Shown here in pieces: positions 7,628 through 16,616 of a stretch of DNA of 42,895 nucleotides. The stretch is taken from assembly GCA_964646945.1 (NCBI GenBank), contig CAZYIL010000003.1, forward strand, positions 1-42,895, given 5' to 3'. The stretch is from an uncultured Marinoscillum sp. (GTDB lineage: Bacteria; Bacteroidota; Bacteroidia; Cytophagales; MED-G16). Position 1 is the first letter of the stretch. Every line of letters starts with the position of its first letter. The notes beneath the pieces were generated by a model, which was given only the letters and a program-made list of their open reading frames with translations, did no database searches and was not told the DNA's origin. Position numbers and translations under genes: made by a program.

Positions 7628-8590
7628 ATGAATTTATCAATTGTTATTCCTGCTTATAACGAAGACGAATCTATTCCTGAATTAATTACTTCGATAAAAA
7701 ACAATGTACCATCATCTATAAAATATGAAGTTATTATTGTAGATGATGGAAGCACTGATAACACATGGAAAATTATTGAAAATCAAGTAAATGAAAATAA
7801 TTTTTTGAAAGGAATTCGATTTCTTAAAAATTATGGAAAATCAGCTGCTTTAGATATTGGATTTAAATATTCATCAGGAGAAGTAATTATTACAATGGAT
7901 GCAGATTTACAGGATGATCCCATTGAAATAGAATCTCTTTATAATATGATTCTTGATAAGAATTATGATTTAATCTCAGGATGGAAGAAAAAAAGATTTG
8001 ATCCAATTACAAAAACATTGCCTTCAAAATTTTTTAATTTTGTAACAAGAGTTTTTTCAGGTATTAAACTAAATGATTTTAATTGCGGAATTAAAGCTTA
8101 TAAAAAATCAGTAGTTAAGAGTATTTCAATTTATGGTGAAATGCATAGATATATACCTTTAATAGCAAAATGGAATGGATTTAATAACATAGGTGAAAAA
8201 GTAGTGAAACATAATCCTAGGAAATACGGTAAAACAAAATTTGGTTTAGAGAGATTTATTAATGGTTTTTTAGATTTAATTTCGGTCAGTTTTGTTTATA
8301 AATTTAAAAAGAAACCAATGCATTTCTTTGGGAGTTTGGGAGTTATCTCCTTTTTTTTAGGATTACTTAGTACATCTTGGATCATTTATGATAAGATGTC
8401 AAAAATTTCTGAAGGTATTCCAATAAATGAAATTAGACCAGTTACTGATCAACCACTTTTCTATATAGCATTAGTCTCTATAATTATAGGAGCTCAACTT
8501 TTTCTGGCTGGCTTTTTAGCTGAGATTATTATCAAAGTTAATTCTAAAAATGATGATCAAGTTATCAGTGACAAGAAAGGCTTCAGTTAA
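7628..8590 (+). CDS. GT2 glycosyltransferase (polyprenol-phosphate sugar synthase, ArnC/DPM1-like)
   Basis: VIPAYNE, VDDGSTD, NYGKSAAL, TMDADLQDDP, DFNCGIKAY, GEMHRYIP; two C-terminal TM helices. Confidence 0.9.
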   Translation: MNLSIVIPAYNEDESIPELITSIKNNVPSSIKYEVIIVDDGSTDNTWKIIENQVNENNFLKGIRFLKNYGKSAALDIGFKYSSGEVIITMDADLQDDPIEIESLYNMILDKNYDLISGWKKKRFDPITKTLPSKFFNFVTRVFSGIKLNDFNCGIKAYKKSVVKSISIYGEMHRYIPLIAKWNGFNNIGEKVVKHNPRKYGKTKFGLERFINGFLDLISVSFVYKFKKKPMHFFGSLGVISFFLGLLSTSWIIYDKMSKISEGIPINEIRPVTDQPLFYIALVSIIIGAQLFLAGFLAEIIIKVNSKNDDQVISDKKGFS

Positions 8591-9555
8591 TGAAATTTTC
8601 TATCGTAATTCCTGTTTATAATAGACCTGATGAAATCAATAATCTAATTCAAAGCATTACTAATCAAAGCTTTAAAGATTTAGAAGTTATAGTTGTAGAA
8701 GATGGTTCAGATGTCAGTTCTGAAAAAACAATGGATAAGTTTAAGAAAAATATTAATTTAAAATATTATAAAAAAAGAAATGAAGGACCAGGATTGGCTA
8801 GAAATTATGGTTCAAAATTTGCTCTAGGAAAATGGATTATTTTTTTAGATTCAGATTGTATTATTCCAGTTAATTATTTTGATGAAATCAATCGGTTTCT
8901 GAGTCTCAATGAAAATGTTGATTTTTTTGGTGGTCCTGACAGGGCAAATAAAAACTTCACATTATTACAGAAGTCCATAAATTATTCAATGACTTCAATG
9001 TTAACTTCCGGTGGCATTAGAGGATCAAAGTTTTCTTTAGACACATTTTTACCTAGATCTTTTAATATGGGAGTTAAAAAGAAAATTTTTGATCAAGTCA
9101 AAGGTTTTTCATCAATGAGATTTGGTGAAGATTTAGATTTGTCTTATAGATTGATTTCATTTGGAGCAAAATCAAAACTAATAGACAAAGCTTTTGTTTA
9201 TCATCAAAGAAGAAATGATTTGAAAGGATTTTTCAAACAAATTTATTCTTCAGGAGAAGCTAGAGTGATTTTAAATAGACAACATAAAGGCACATTCAGA
9301 ATTTTTCATTTATTTCCATCTTTTTTTATATTATTTTTTGTTCTAGTACATTTTCTTTTATTATTTAAAATTGATTATGACTTAATTAAACTGATTCAAA
9401 TTATTTATGGTTTTTATTTTGTTCTAATATTTATTGAATCAAGCATATTAAATAAAAACCCTATAATTGGACTTCTATCTATAGTAACTACATTTATTCA
9501 ATTTTTAAGTTATGGGATTGGATACTTAAGATCAACTATTAAAGTTTATTTATAA
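8590..9555 (+). CDS. GT2 glycosyltransferase
   Basis: VIPVYNRP, VEDGS, GPGLARNYG, FLDSDC, PRSFNMG, GEDLDL. TAATG overlap with the upstream gene. Confidence 0.9.
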   Translation: MKFSIVIPVYNRPDEINNLIQSITNQSFKDLEVIVVEDGSDVSSEKTMDKFKKNINLKYYKKRNEGPGLARNYGSKFALGKWIIFLDSDCIIPVNYFDEINRFLSLNENVDFFGGPDRANKNFTLLQKSINYSMTSMLTSGGIRGSKFSLDTFLPRSFNMGVKKKIFDQVKGFSSMRFGEDLDLSYRLISFGAKSKLIDKAFVYHQRRNDLKGFFKQIYSSGEARVILNRQHKGTFRIFHLFPSFFILFFVLVHFLLLFKIDYDLIKLIQIIYGFYFVLIFIESSILNKNPIIGLLSIVTTFIQFLSYGIGYLRSTIKVYL

Positions 9556-10313
9556 CAATAATAAATTGTTTCATTTTCTTGTAAACCATATAAACCTTTT
9601 TCTTTTTTTGTAAAGGAATCGATAAATTTTGATTTATTTACCTTCATGCCTTGAGATATAATTCTCTTGTCATAATCTTTTCCATATTTTCTTTTGTGAT
9701 CATCTTGACCATAAAGTTTTTCTCTTTCTGAAGGGGATTTAATGAATTTATCTTCTAAAGTTTTTTCAGGAATTGGATTATAAAATGGAACCTGAAGAAT
9801 TGCAAAACCATCTTTTTTCATTACTCTATTTATTTCTCTCATAGCTTTTTTATCATCATCTACATGTTCAAGAACATGATTGCATAATATGACATCAAAT
9901 GAATTATCTTTAAATGGCATCTTATGAATATCCATTTTAATTTTTGCTAATGGAGAATAAAGATCTCCAGTTACGTAGTTTACGTTGTTACTATTATTAA
10001 AAGTTTTAATAAAGCATTGTTCTGGTGCAATGTGAAGTAAATCAATCTTTTTATTAAATAAATTTTTTTTGTTTTTTAAAAAAAGGAATAAAAGCCTATG
10101 TCTTTCAAGAGATAAGCAGTTAGGACATAAAGCATTTTCTCTTATTTGTCTACCGTATGGAAGAAACTTTTTGAATTTAAATTCACAGATAGGACACAGA
10201 ACATTATTTCCTTTGTAAAAAAAAGAAATAATTTTAAAAATGGGCTTGCTAATTATTTGTAAAAAAGGTCTAGGAAATTTTTTCAATAAAATCCTAACAA
10301 TCTCTTTAATCAT
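9546..10313 (-). CDS. Class I SAM-dependent methyltransferase with N-terminal Zn-ribbon
   Basis: CPIC...CPNC-SLERHR, LHIAPE, FDVILCNHVLEHV, GQDDH motifs. Confidence 0.85.
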   Translation of the reverse strand: MIKEIVRILLKKFPRPFLQIISKPIFKIISFFYKGNNVLCPICEFKFKKFLPYGRQIRENALCPNCLSLERHRLLFLFLKNKKNLFNKKIDLLHIAPEQCFIKTFNNSNNVNYVTGDLYSPLAKIKMDIHKMPFKDNSFDVILCNHVLEHVDDDKKAMREINRVMKKDGFAILQVPFYNPIPEKTLEDKFIKSPSEREKLYGQDDHKRKYGKDYDKRIISQGMKVNKSKFIDSFTKKEKGLYGLQENETIYYCYK

Positions 10314-10318
10314 ATGAT

Positions 10319-11671
10319 TTATTGATTTTGACTATTTCCTAAATAGTTTTTTGGTGTTATGTTAAGTAGTTCTCTTTTAACTTCATCGTTTACTGGCAGC
10401 GTTTTAATAAATTCTGCAATCATTTTTTTATTAACTTCTTTTTTTCCTCTAGTAATATTTTTTAACTTTTCATAAGGGTCTTTAACTTTTTCTCTTCTCA
10501 AAATAGTTTGAATGGCTTCAGCTATGACCATCCAATTATTATCAAGATCTATTTCAATTTCTTTCTTATTTACATCTATTTTTCTCATTCCTTTATAAAT
10601 AGATTCTAGAGCTATTTTAGTATAAGAAATTGGCACACCAATATTTCTTGAAACTGTTGAGTCTGTTAAATCTCTTTGAAGTCTAGAAATAGGAAGTTTA
10701 CTGGAAAGAAACAAAAACAAAGAATTTGCTATCATTAAATTTCCTTCAGCATTTTCAAAATCTATAGGATTAACTTTATGAGGCATAGCGGAAGATCCAA
10801 CTTCATTTTTATTTACTTTTTGTTTTAGATAGTTGATTGAGATATAGTGCCAGATATCTTTGCAAAGATCTATAAATATTGTATTTATTCTTGACAATGA
10901 ATGGAAAATAGCTGCCATATTATCATAATGTTCTATTTGCGTTGTTGGAGTACTTCTTGTTAGACCAATTTTTTTTAAGAATTTTTCAGCAAAAGAATCC
11001 CAGTTTATGGTAGGGTAGGAAACATAATGAGCATTAAGATTTCCAGATGCACCACCAAATTTTCCGTTGTTTGGTATTTTCATTAATGAATCAAGTTGAT
11101 TGTTTATTCTTGAACAGAATACAGATAGTTCTTTTCCAAAAGTTGTTGGAGTAGCAGGTTGACCATGGGTTCTGCCAATCATGGAAATTTCTTTATAATC
11201 TTTAGATTTCTTCTCAATCGATTTTAATAGTTGTTTTATTAGTGGAATTATAACTTCTTTCAAACAGTTTTTTAACATTAAGGGCATAGCTGTGTTATTA
11301 ATATCTTGCGAGGTAAGTCCAAAATGGACAAATTCTTTATACTCACTTAAGCCCATTATCTCGAACTTTTCTTTTATAAAATATTCGACAGCTTTTATAT
11401 CATGATTAATCCTTTTTTCAATTTCTTTAATCCTTTTAGCATCTTTCAAAGAAAAATTTTTAACTAAATCTCTAAGGTTTTTGAAATCACTAGAATTTAT
11501 TTTTTTTAGTTGAGGTAATTTATGCTCACAAAGAGCTATGAAATATTCTATTTCAACATAAATTCTGTATCTGATAAAAGCAAATTCAGAGAAGTATTGT
11601 GAAATTTCTTTTGTGATTTTATTATACCTTCCATCTACTGGATTTATTGCCGATAAGCTCGATAAATTCAT
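10319..11671 (-). CDS. purB: Adenylosuccinate lyase
   Basis: DGRY, HFGLTSQDINN, RTHGQPATPTT, GSSAMPHKVNPIDFENAEGN, SRLQRDLTDS. Confidence 0.97.
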   Translation of the reverse strand: MNLSSLSAINPVDGRYNKITKEISQYFSEFAFIRYRIYVEIEYFIALCEHKLPQLKKINSSDFKNLRDLVKNFSLKDAKRIKEIEKRINHDIKAVEYFIKEKFEIMGLSEYKEFVHFGLTSQDINNTAMPLMLKNCLKEVIIPLIKQLLKSIEKKSKDYKEISMIGRTHGQPATPTTFGKELSVFCSRINNQLDSLMKIPNNGKFGGASGNLNAHYVSYPTINWDSFAEKFLKKIGLTRSTPTTQIEHYDNMAAIFHSLSRINTIFIDLCKDIWHYISINYLKQKVNKNEVGSSAMPHKVNPIDFENAEGNLMIANSLFLFLSSKLPISRLQRDLTDSTVSRNIGVPISYTKIALESIYKGMRKIDVNKKEIEIDLDNNWMVIAEAIQTILRREKVKDPYEKLKNITRGKKEVNKKMIAEFIKTLPVNDEVKRELLNITPKNYLGNSQNQ

Positions 11672-11685
11672 TTTATATTTTTTTG

Positions 11686-11693
11686 CAAAAGTA
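11686..11693 (-). promoter_or_regulatory. -7 promoter box for purB
   Basis: Minus strand reads TACTTTTG, 14 nt upstream of the purB start. Confidence 0.5.
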
Positions 11694-11737
11694 AGAAATA
11701 TTTAATGAAACAGATATTTTTAAAAAAATCATTAAAT

Positions 11738-11745
11738 TATATTTG
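11738..11745 (+). promoter_or_regulatory. -7 promoter box for the ferredoxin gene
   Basis: TATATTTG about 23 nt before ATG 11769; divergent from the purB promoter. Confidence 0.5.
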
Positions 11746-11768
11746 TCCGATTATTTAAATTTATTTTT

Positions 11769-12041
11769 ATGAGTAAGGTTAAAGTTCTAATGGATAATGA
11801 AGTTTTTGAAATGGAGGTAAAAGCGGATTCCAAAATACTAGAAAGAGCTATAGAAGAAGATATAGATATGCCTTTTTCTTGTCAAAGTGGTGTTTGCACT
11901 GCTTGTATGGGAAAGTTAGTAGAAGGAAAGGTTGAGATGAAAATTTCCGATGCTTTATCTGATGAGGAAATTAAGAATGGTTATATTCTTTGTTGTCAAT
12001 CATACCCCAGATCAGATAAAATAACTGTGGAGATAAATTAG
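11769..12041 (+). CDS. 2Fe-2S ferredoxin (plant-type)
   Basis: PFSCQSGVCTAC...ILCCQSYP cysteine pattern. Confidence 0.92.
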   Translation: MSKVKVLMDNEVFEMEVKADSKILERAIEEDIDMPFSCQSGVCTACMGKLVEGKVEMKISDALSDEEIKNGYILCCQSYPRSDKITVEIN

Positions 12042-12140
12042 AAAGAATAATTTTTAAAAATAAATTATAACTTATAGAACAAATCACTAATTTCTTTCGT
12101 TATAATTCTTGTTAATCTTGATATATAAATATTTATATAA

Positions 12141-12148
12141 TAGATTTG
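12141..12148 (+). promoter_or_regulatory. -7 promoter box for the sigma-factor gene
   Basis: TAGATTTG about 40 nt before ATG 12188. Confidence 0.45.
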
Positions 12149-12187
12149 CAAATTGTTTAATTATCTCCAAATTTTTTTGTATTTCGC

Positions 12188-13060
12188 ATGAGACAGTTAA
12201 AAATCACTCAATCGATAACCAATAGAAGAGAAAGTCATACCCTTGAAAAGTACTTCACTGAAGTTAGTGGTGTGCCAATGATTTCACCAGAAGAGGAGGT
12301 GAAATTAGCTAAACAAATAAGAAAGGGAAGTCAGAGAGCCTTGGATAGACTTGTTAAAGCAAATCTAAGATTTGTTGTTTCAGTGGCTAAACAATACCAA
12401 AATAGAAGTCTACCTCTTAATGATTTAATTAATGAAGGTAATCTTGGTTTAATTAAGGCTGCAAAAAAGTTTGATGAAACAAAAGGATTTAAGTTTATAT
12501 CTTATGCAGTTTGGTGGATTAGGCAGTCAATAATGCAAGCTTTAGCAGAACAATCTAGAATAGTAAGACTACCTATGAATAAATCAGGTGCTATTAATCA
12601 GATTAGAAGAGCTTACGCTGAATTAGAACAAAAATTTGAAAGAGAGCCAACAGAAGAAGAATTAGCTGAAAATCTTGATATGAAATCTACCGAAGTTAGA
12701 AGCACGCTTGGAGCAGAAGTTAAACAAATGTCTATGGATGCACCTTTTGGTGAAGATGATTCCGGTTCTTTATTAGATGTTCTTGAGAATGATGGAGAGG
12801 ATCCTACAGACTCAGGCTTAGTCTTTAAAGATTCTTTGAAAGTAGAAACTATGAGAGCATTGTCTACTTTGACTCCTAGAGAGAGGGATGTTATAGTGAT
12901 GAGTTTTGGTATAGGATTTGATAACCCTTACACACTTGAAGAAATAGGTGATGTCATGGGGTTGACTAGGGAAAGGGTACGACAAATTAGAGAAAAAGCT
13001 CTTCAAAAATTAAGAGAGCCAGGCAAAAATATGAGACTAAAAGAATTTACTGCAAATTAA
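12188..13060 (+). CDS. rpoD: RNA polymerase sigma-70 factor, Bacteroidota RpoD/SigA type (no region 1.1)
   Basis: MRQLKIT start, [44 protein letters not shown]...LTRERVRQI. Confidence 0.88.
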   Translation: MRQLKITQSITNRRESHTLEKYFTEVSGVPMISPEEEVKLAKQIRKGSQRALDRLVKANLRFVVSVAKQYQNRSLPLNDLINEGNLGLIKAAKKFDETKGFKFISYAVWWIRQSIMQALAEQSRIVRLPMNKSGAINQIRRAYAELEQKFEREPTEEELAENLDMKSTEVRSTLGAEVKQMSMDAPFGEDDSGSLLDVLENDGEDPTDSGLVFKDSLKVETMRALSTLTPRERDVIVMSFGIGFDNPYTLEEIGDVMGLTRERVRQIREKALQKLREPGKNMRLKEFTAN

Positions 13061-13132
13061 TCTAAATTTTAGTCTGTTTAGACATCAATCACTTAATAAA
13101 AATTTATATATTTGGATATTGAAATATTTAAA

Positions 13133-16100
13133 ATGAATTTTACAAAAACCACTATAAAAACCTTATATTTTCTTTTCCCCTTATTTCTTTTCATTGTTGT
13201 TTCGTTATATCTATTTATAGATAAAAATATTGAAAAACCTAAATTTCAAGACCCTCATAAGTTCGAAGAATACTGGAGTCAAATAAAAGGAAAAGGTTAT
13301 TATCCAGGGTATAGGCAAGTTGAGCTTAATAAAATGCTTAGCAGATTAAATCAAAATCGTTTAACTGCTAATATTGGTATAGGTGATGAAGAAATATGGT
13401 TTGGTACTTCTGCAGCCGCTGCCGCTACTTTTACTGAAAGAGGTCCCAGTAATGTTCCTGGAAGAACAAGGGGAATAGTAGTTGATGCTGGTGATGCAAC
13501 AGGAAACACATGGTATGTTGGATCTGTAGGAGGAGGTCTTTGGAAAGGGGTATACACTTCTGATTCTTCTGGTGATTTTATTACATGGACTAATTTAACA
13601 CCTTCAACTGTATCAAACATTGCTGTTTCTACGGTTGCCCAGTCTGCTAACAATCCAAATATTCTCTATGTTGGTACTGGCGAATCTTGGTCATATAATG
13701 TAGATGCAATTAATGGGGATGGCATTTTTAAAGTGACATTAGGTGGAGCAGATCCTATATGGACAAATGTTACGCCTAGTTCGGGAGGAATTATAGATTC
13801 TAAATTTGGGAATATAAGTAGAATAATAGTCGATCCTGCCAATGAAAATATAGTTTTGGCAAGCACATTAGCTAATAATGGGCAATCTTATATTTTTAAG
13901 TCTTCCGATGGAGGAACCTCTTGGACAGAGGTTGAACAAGGAGGAAACAGAATTCAACAAATTGTCGCTGCTCCAAGCAATTTTAATATTCAGTATGCCG
14001 CTGTACGTACAAAACCTGTTTTGAAATCTACCAATGCAGGAGATACGTGGAAAGCATTGCCTGAAGTAGGAGCACCATCAGAATTTGGTATAGCAAGTAA
14101 CTCTTATGATCGTTATGAATTAGCTGTTTCTCATACAGATCCTAACAAAATATATGCTGGAATAGTAAAAACTTTTGGATCACCCGGACCCTCTTTTCTA
14201 TATAGATCTTTGGATGGTGGTTCTTCATGGACACATATTCCAGAAAATGGGGTTTCAGGAGATGCGAGATATACAACAGATTTTTGGCTTGATTCTCAGG
14301 GATGGTATGATAATTGTATAACAGTTCATCCTTTTGATGATAATATAGTCTATGTTGGTGGCATACAGATATTTAAGTTTACCGTTTTAGCTGATACTAC
14401 AAAGAATTCGACACATTTAACGGATGGCTACGGTGAAGTAGATGCCAAAAATTGGTATGTTCATGTAGATCAACATTTTTTAGGAACAATTGATGATGGA
14501 GGAGGAAAATTTAGAATATTGAATGGTAGTGATGGGGGAGTGGCTGTTACCCTTTCTGCTACGGATCCAGGAAATATAGATAACACTTGGGCTAATGTAA
14601 AAAACATAACAGCTGGAGGTTATAATACAACACAATTTTATGGAGCGGATAAAGTAAAAGGAGCACATGCATATGTTGGAGGAGCACAAGATAATGGGAC
14701 ATGGTTTTCAGACCCAGCTTCAAATGCAAGTAGTTCAACAAGTTATACATTAGGTGTTGGAGGGGATGGATTAGAAGTTGTTGCGCATTGGGATAATTCT
14801 GATTCCTTGATAGGAGGTTCACAATATAATAATTTTAAAAGAACTCTAAACAAAGGCACTCTTTGGACATATATTGGAACACCTTGGACTCCACATAATG
14901 GATCAGGTACAGGGCCTTTTATTAACAGGCTTTCTTCTTCCTATCAGGATGCTGACGTGGTTTATGCCATTGGTGATGATGGTATCCATAAGTCAAAAGA
15001 TTTTGGTGGCGGCTGGCAATTAAAAGTACCTCCTGATATAGGTGGATGGGGTGCTAATGATGTAGAAGTTTCAATGGCTAATCCTAGATTTGTTTGGGCT
15101 GGAGGATTTATTTCTGGCTCTGGTAATTTATATCTTTCTAAAGATTGGGGTAACACTTTTCAAGCTGTTGTAGATAAGCCTAGTGGAGTATCTAGTTCTA
15201 TTTCAGGGATATATTCTCATCCTAGTGAAGATTCAACTGTTTATGTTCTTTTCTCCTCTTTTGGAAGGGGTAAAATTTTTGAAACCAAAGATTTGGGTGC
15301 TACCTGGACAGATATTTCTGGATTCCCTTCTAATTGGACAAGTGGAGTTTCTTCCAGTGGTTTTCCTAATGTTGCAGTAACCAGTCTTGCAGTCATGCCA
15401 TTTGATTCTGATGTTATTTGGGCAGGAACAGAAATAGGTCTTGTGGAAACAACAAATAGGGGAACTAGCTGGAGCTTAGTTACTCAGATGCCACATGTAA
15501 GTATATGGGACATGAAAATTAAAGATCAAGGAGAGATTGTGCTTGCTACGCATGGAAGAGGTATTTGGACTGCTACTATTCCGGATCTTGTTAGTTGGCA
15601 ACCTAAAGAAAATCAAATTACCTTGTCTGTAGATACAGTAAATATTGCTGAAAATGGTGGTGTGGCAATCCTAACATTTACTGCAGGAAAAGATGTTTCA
15701 CCTAATGGTCCAATTACAGTGAATTTGTCTGCTAGTGGAACTGCTACTGGTTCTGAATATACTTTAAGCGCAACTTCTATCACGCTCGATTCTACAAGCA
15801 CTACTAAAACGGCTACTATCACTTCGGTAAACGATGGTGACGAAGAAACGGATGAAACAGTTATAATAGATATTTCTTCTGTTGTAAATGGAAAGGAATC
15901 AGGGACACAACAAGTTACCGTTACTATTAAAGATGATGATGGAGTTAGTGCCCCTCCTGTTGTAACTATTGCTGTTGATCAGGCCAACATAGCTGAAGCT
16001 GCTGGTGTCTCTACGATAACAGCTACTTTAGATAAAGCTCCAAATTCTGGCGATGTGGTCATTTCTTTAAGTACTGGAGGTACCGCTGCAGCATCTGATT

Positions 16101-16564
16101 ACACTTTAAGTTCAAGTACCATTACCATTGCTTCAGGAACGACTGGTACAGCAACAGTTACTGCTGTTCAGGATTCAGAGGATGAAGATAATGAAACTGT
16201 GGTGATAGATATTTCTTCTGTAAGTAATGGGTCTGAATCAGGCACCCAACAAGTTACAGTCACTATAACGGATGATGATGATACGGTTGCAGGTATTGAA
16301 GATTTTGTATCAGGAAAAGCAATAAGCATTTATCCAAACCCTAGTTCTGGAATCTTCACCATCAGGTTTAACGATACTTGGAAAGGTAATGTAGACCTAA
16401 GAGTATTAGATATTTTTGGTAGAGCACAATACCTTAGAATGATAGATAATGCATCTGGTCAAGTGGAACATGAAGTTGATATTTCAAACAAAACCGATGG
16501 ACTTTTCTTTGTAGAATTATCACAAGATGATAAAAGAGCAATTAGAAAAATCATCAAGAAATAA
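13133..16564 (+). CDS. T9SS-secreted BNR/Asp-box (VPS10/GH74-like) propeller protein with two Calx-beta-like domains (paralog 1)
   Basis: Repeated S-x-D-G-G-x-T/S-W boxes, ERGPSNVPGRTR, ATHGRGIW. Two Thr-rich Calx-beta-like repeats (DETVIIDISSV...QQVTVTIxDDD). CTD IYPNPSSG...IRKIIKK. ATG 13133 preferred because TTG 13112 lies inside a TATATTTG promoter box. Confidence 0.85.
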   Translation: MNFTKTTIKTLYFLFPLFLFIVVSLYLFIDKNIEKPKFQDPHKFEEYWSQIKGKGYYPGYRQVELNKMLSRLNQNRLTANIGIGDEEIWFGTSAAAAATFTERGPSNVPGRTRGIVVDAGDATGNTWYVGSVGGGLWKGVYTSDSSGDFITWTNLTPSTVSNIAVSTVAQSANNPNILYVGTGESWSYNVDAINGDGIFKVTLGGADPIWTNVTPSSGGIIDSKFGNISRIIVDPANENIVLASTLANNGQSYIFKSSDGGTSWTEVEQGGNRIQQIVAAPSNFNIQYAAVRTKPVLKSTNAGDTWKALPEVGAPSEFGIASNSYDRYELAVSHTDPNKIYAGIVKTFGSPGPSFLYRSLDGGSSWTHIPENGVSGDARYTTDFWLDSQGWYDNCITVHPFDDNIVYVGGIQIFKFTVLADTTKNSTHLTDGYGEVDAKNWYVHVDQHFLGTIDDGGGKFRILNGSDGGVAVTLSATDPGNIDNTWANVKNITAGGYNTTQFYGADKVKGAHAYVGGAQDNGTWFSDPASNASSSTSYTLGVGGDGLEVVAHWDNSDSLIGGSQYNNFKRTLNKGTLWTYIGTPWTPHNGSGTGPFINRLSSSYQDADVVYAIGDDGIHKSKDFGGGWQLKVPPDIGGWGANDVEVSMANPRFVWAGGFISGSGNLYLSKDWGNTFQAVVDKPSGVSSSISGIYSHPSEDSTVYVLFSSFGRGKIFETKDLGATWTDISGFPSNWTSGVSSSGFPNVAVTSLAVMPFDSDVIWAGTEIGLVETTNRGTSWSLVTQMPHVSIWDMKIKDQGEIVLATHGRGIWTATIPDLVSWQPKENQITLSVDTVNIAENGGVAILTFTAGKDVSPNGPITVNLSASGTATGSEYTLSATSITLDSTSTTKTATITSVNDGDEETDETVIIDISSVVNGKESGTQQVTVTIKDDDGVSAPPVVTIAVDQANIAEAAGVSTITATLDKAPNSGDVVISLSTGGTAAASDYTLSSSTITIASGTTGTATVTAVQDSEDEDNETVVIDISSVSNGSESGTQQVTVTITDDDDTVAGIEDFVSGKAISIYPNPSSGIFTIRFNDTWKGNVDLRVLDIFGRAQYLRMIDNASGQVEHEVDISNKTDGLFFVELSQDDKRAIRKIIKK

Positions 16565-16616
16565 AAATTTTCTTTTAAACTTCACTTATTAAACAAATAT
16601 ATTTTATTAGATTAGA

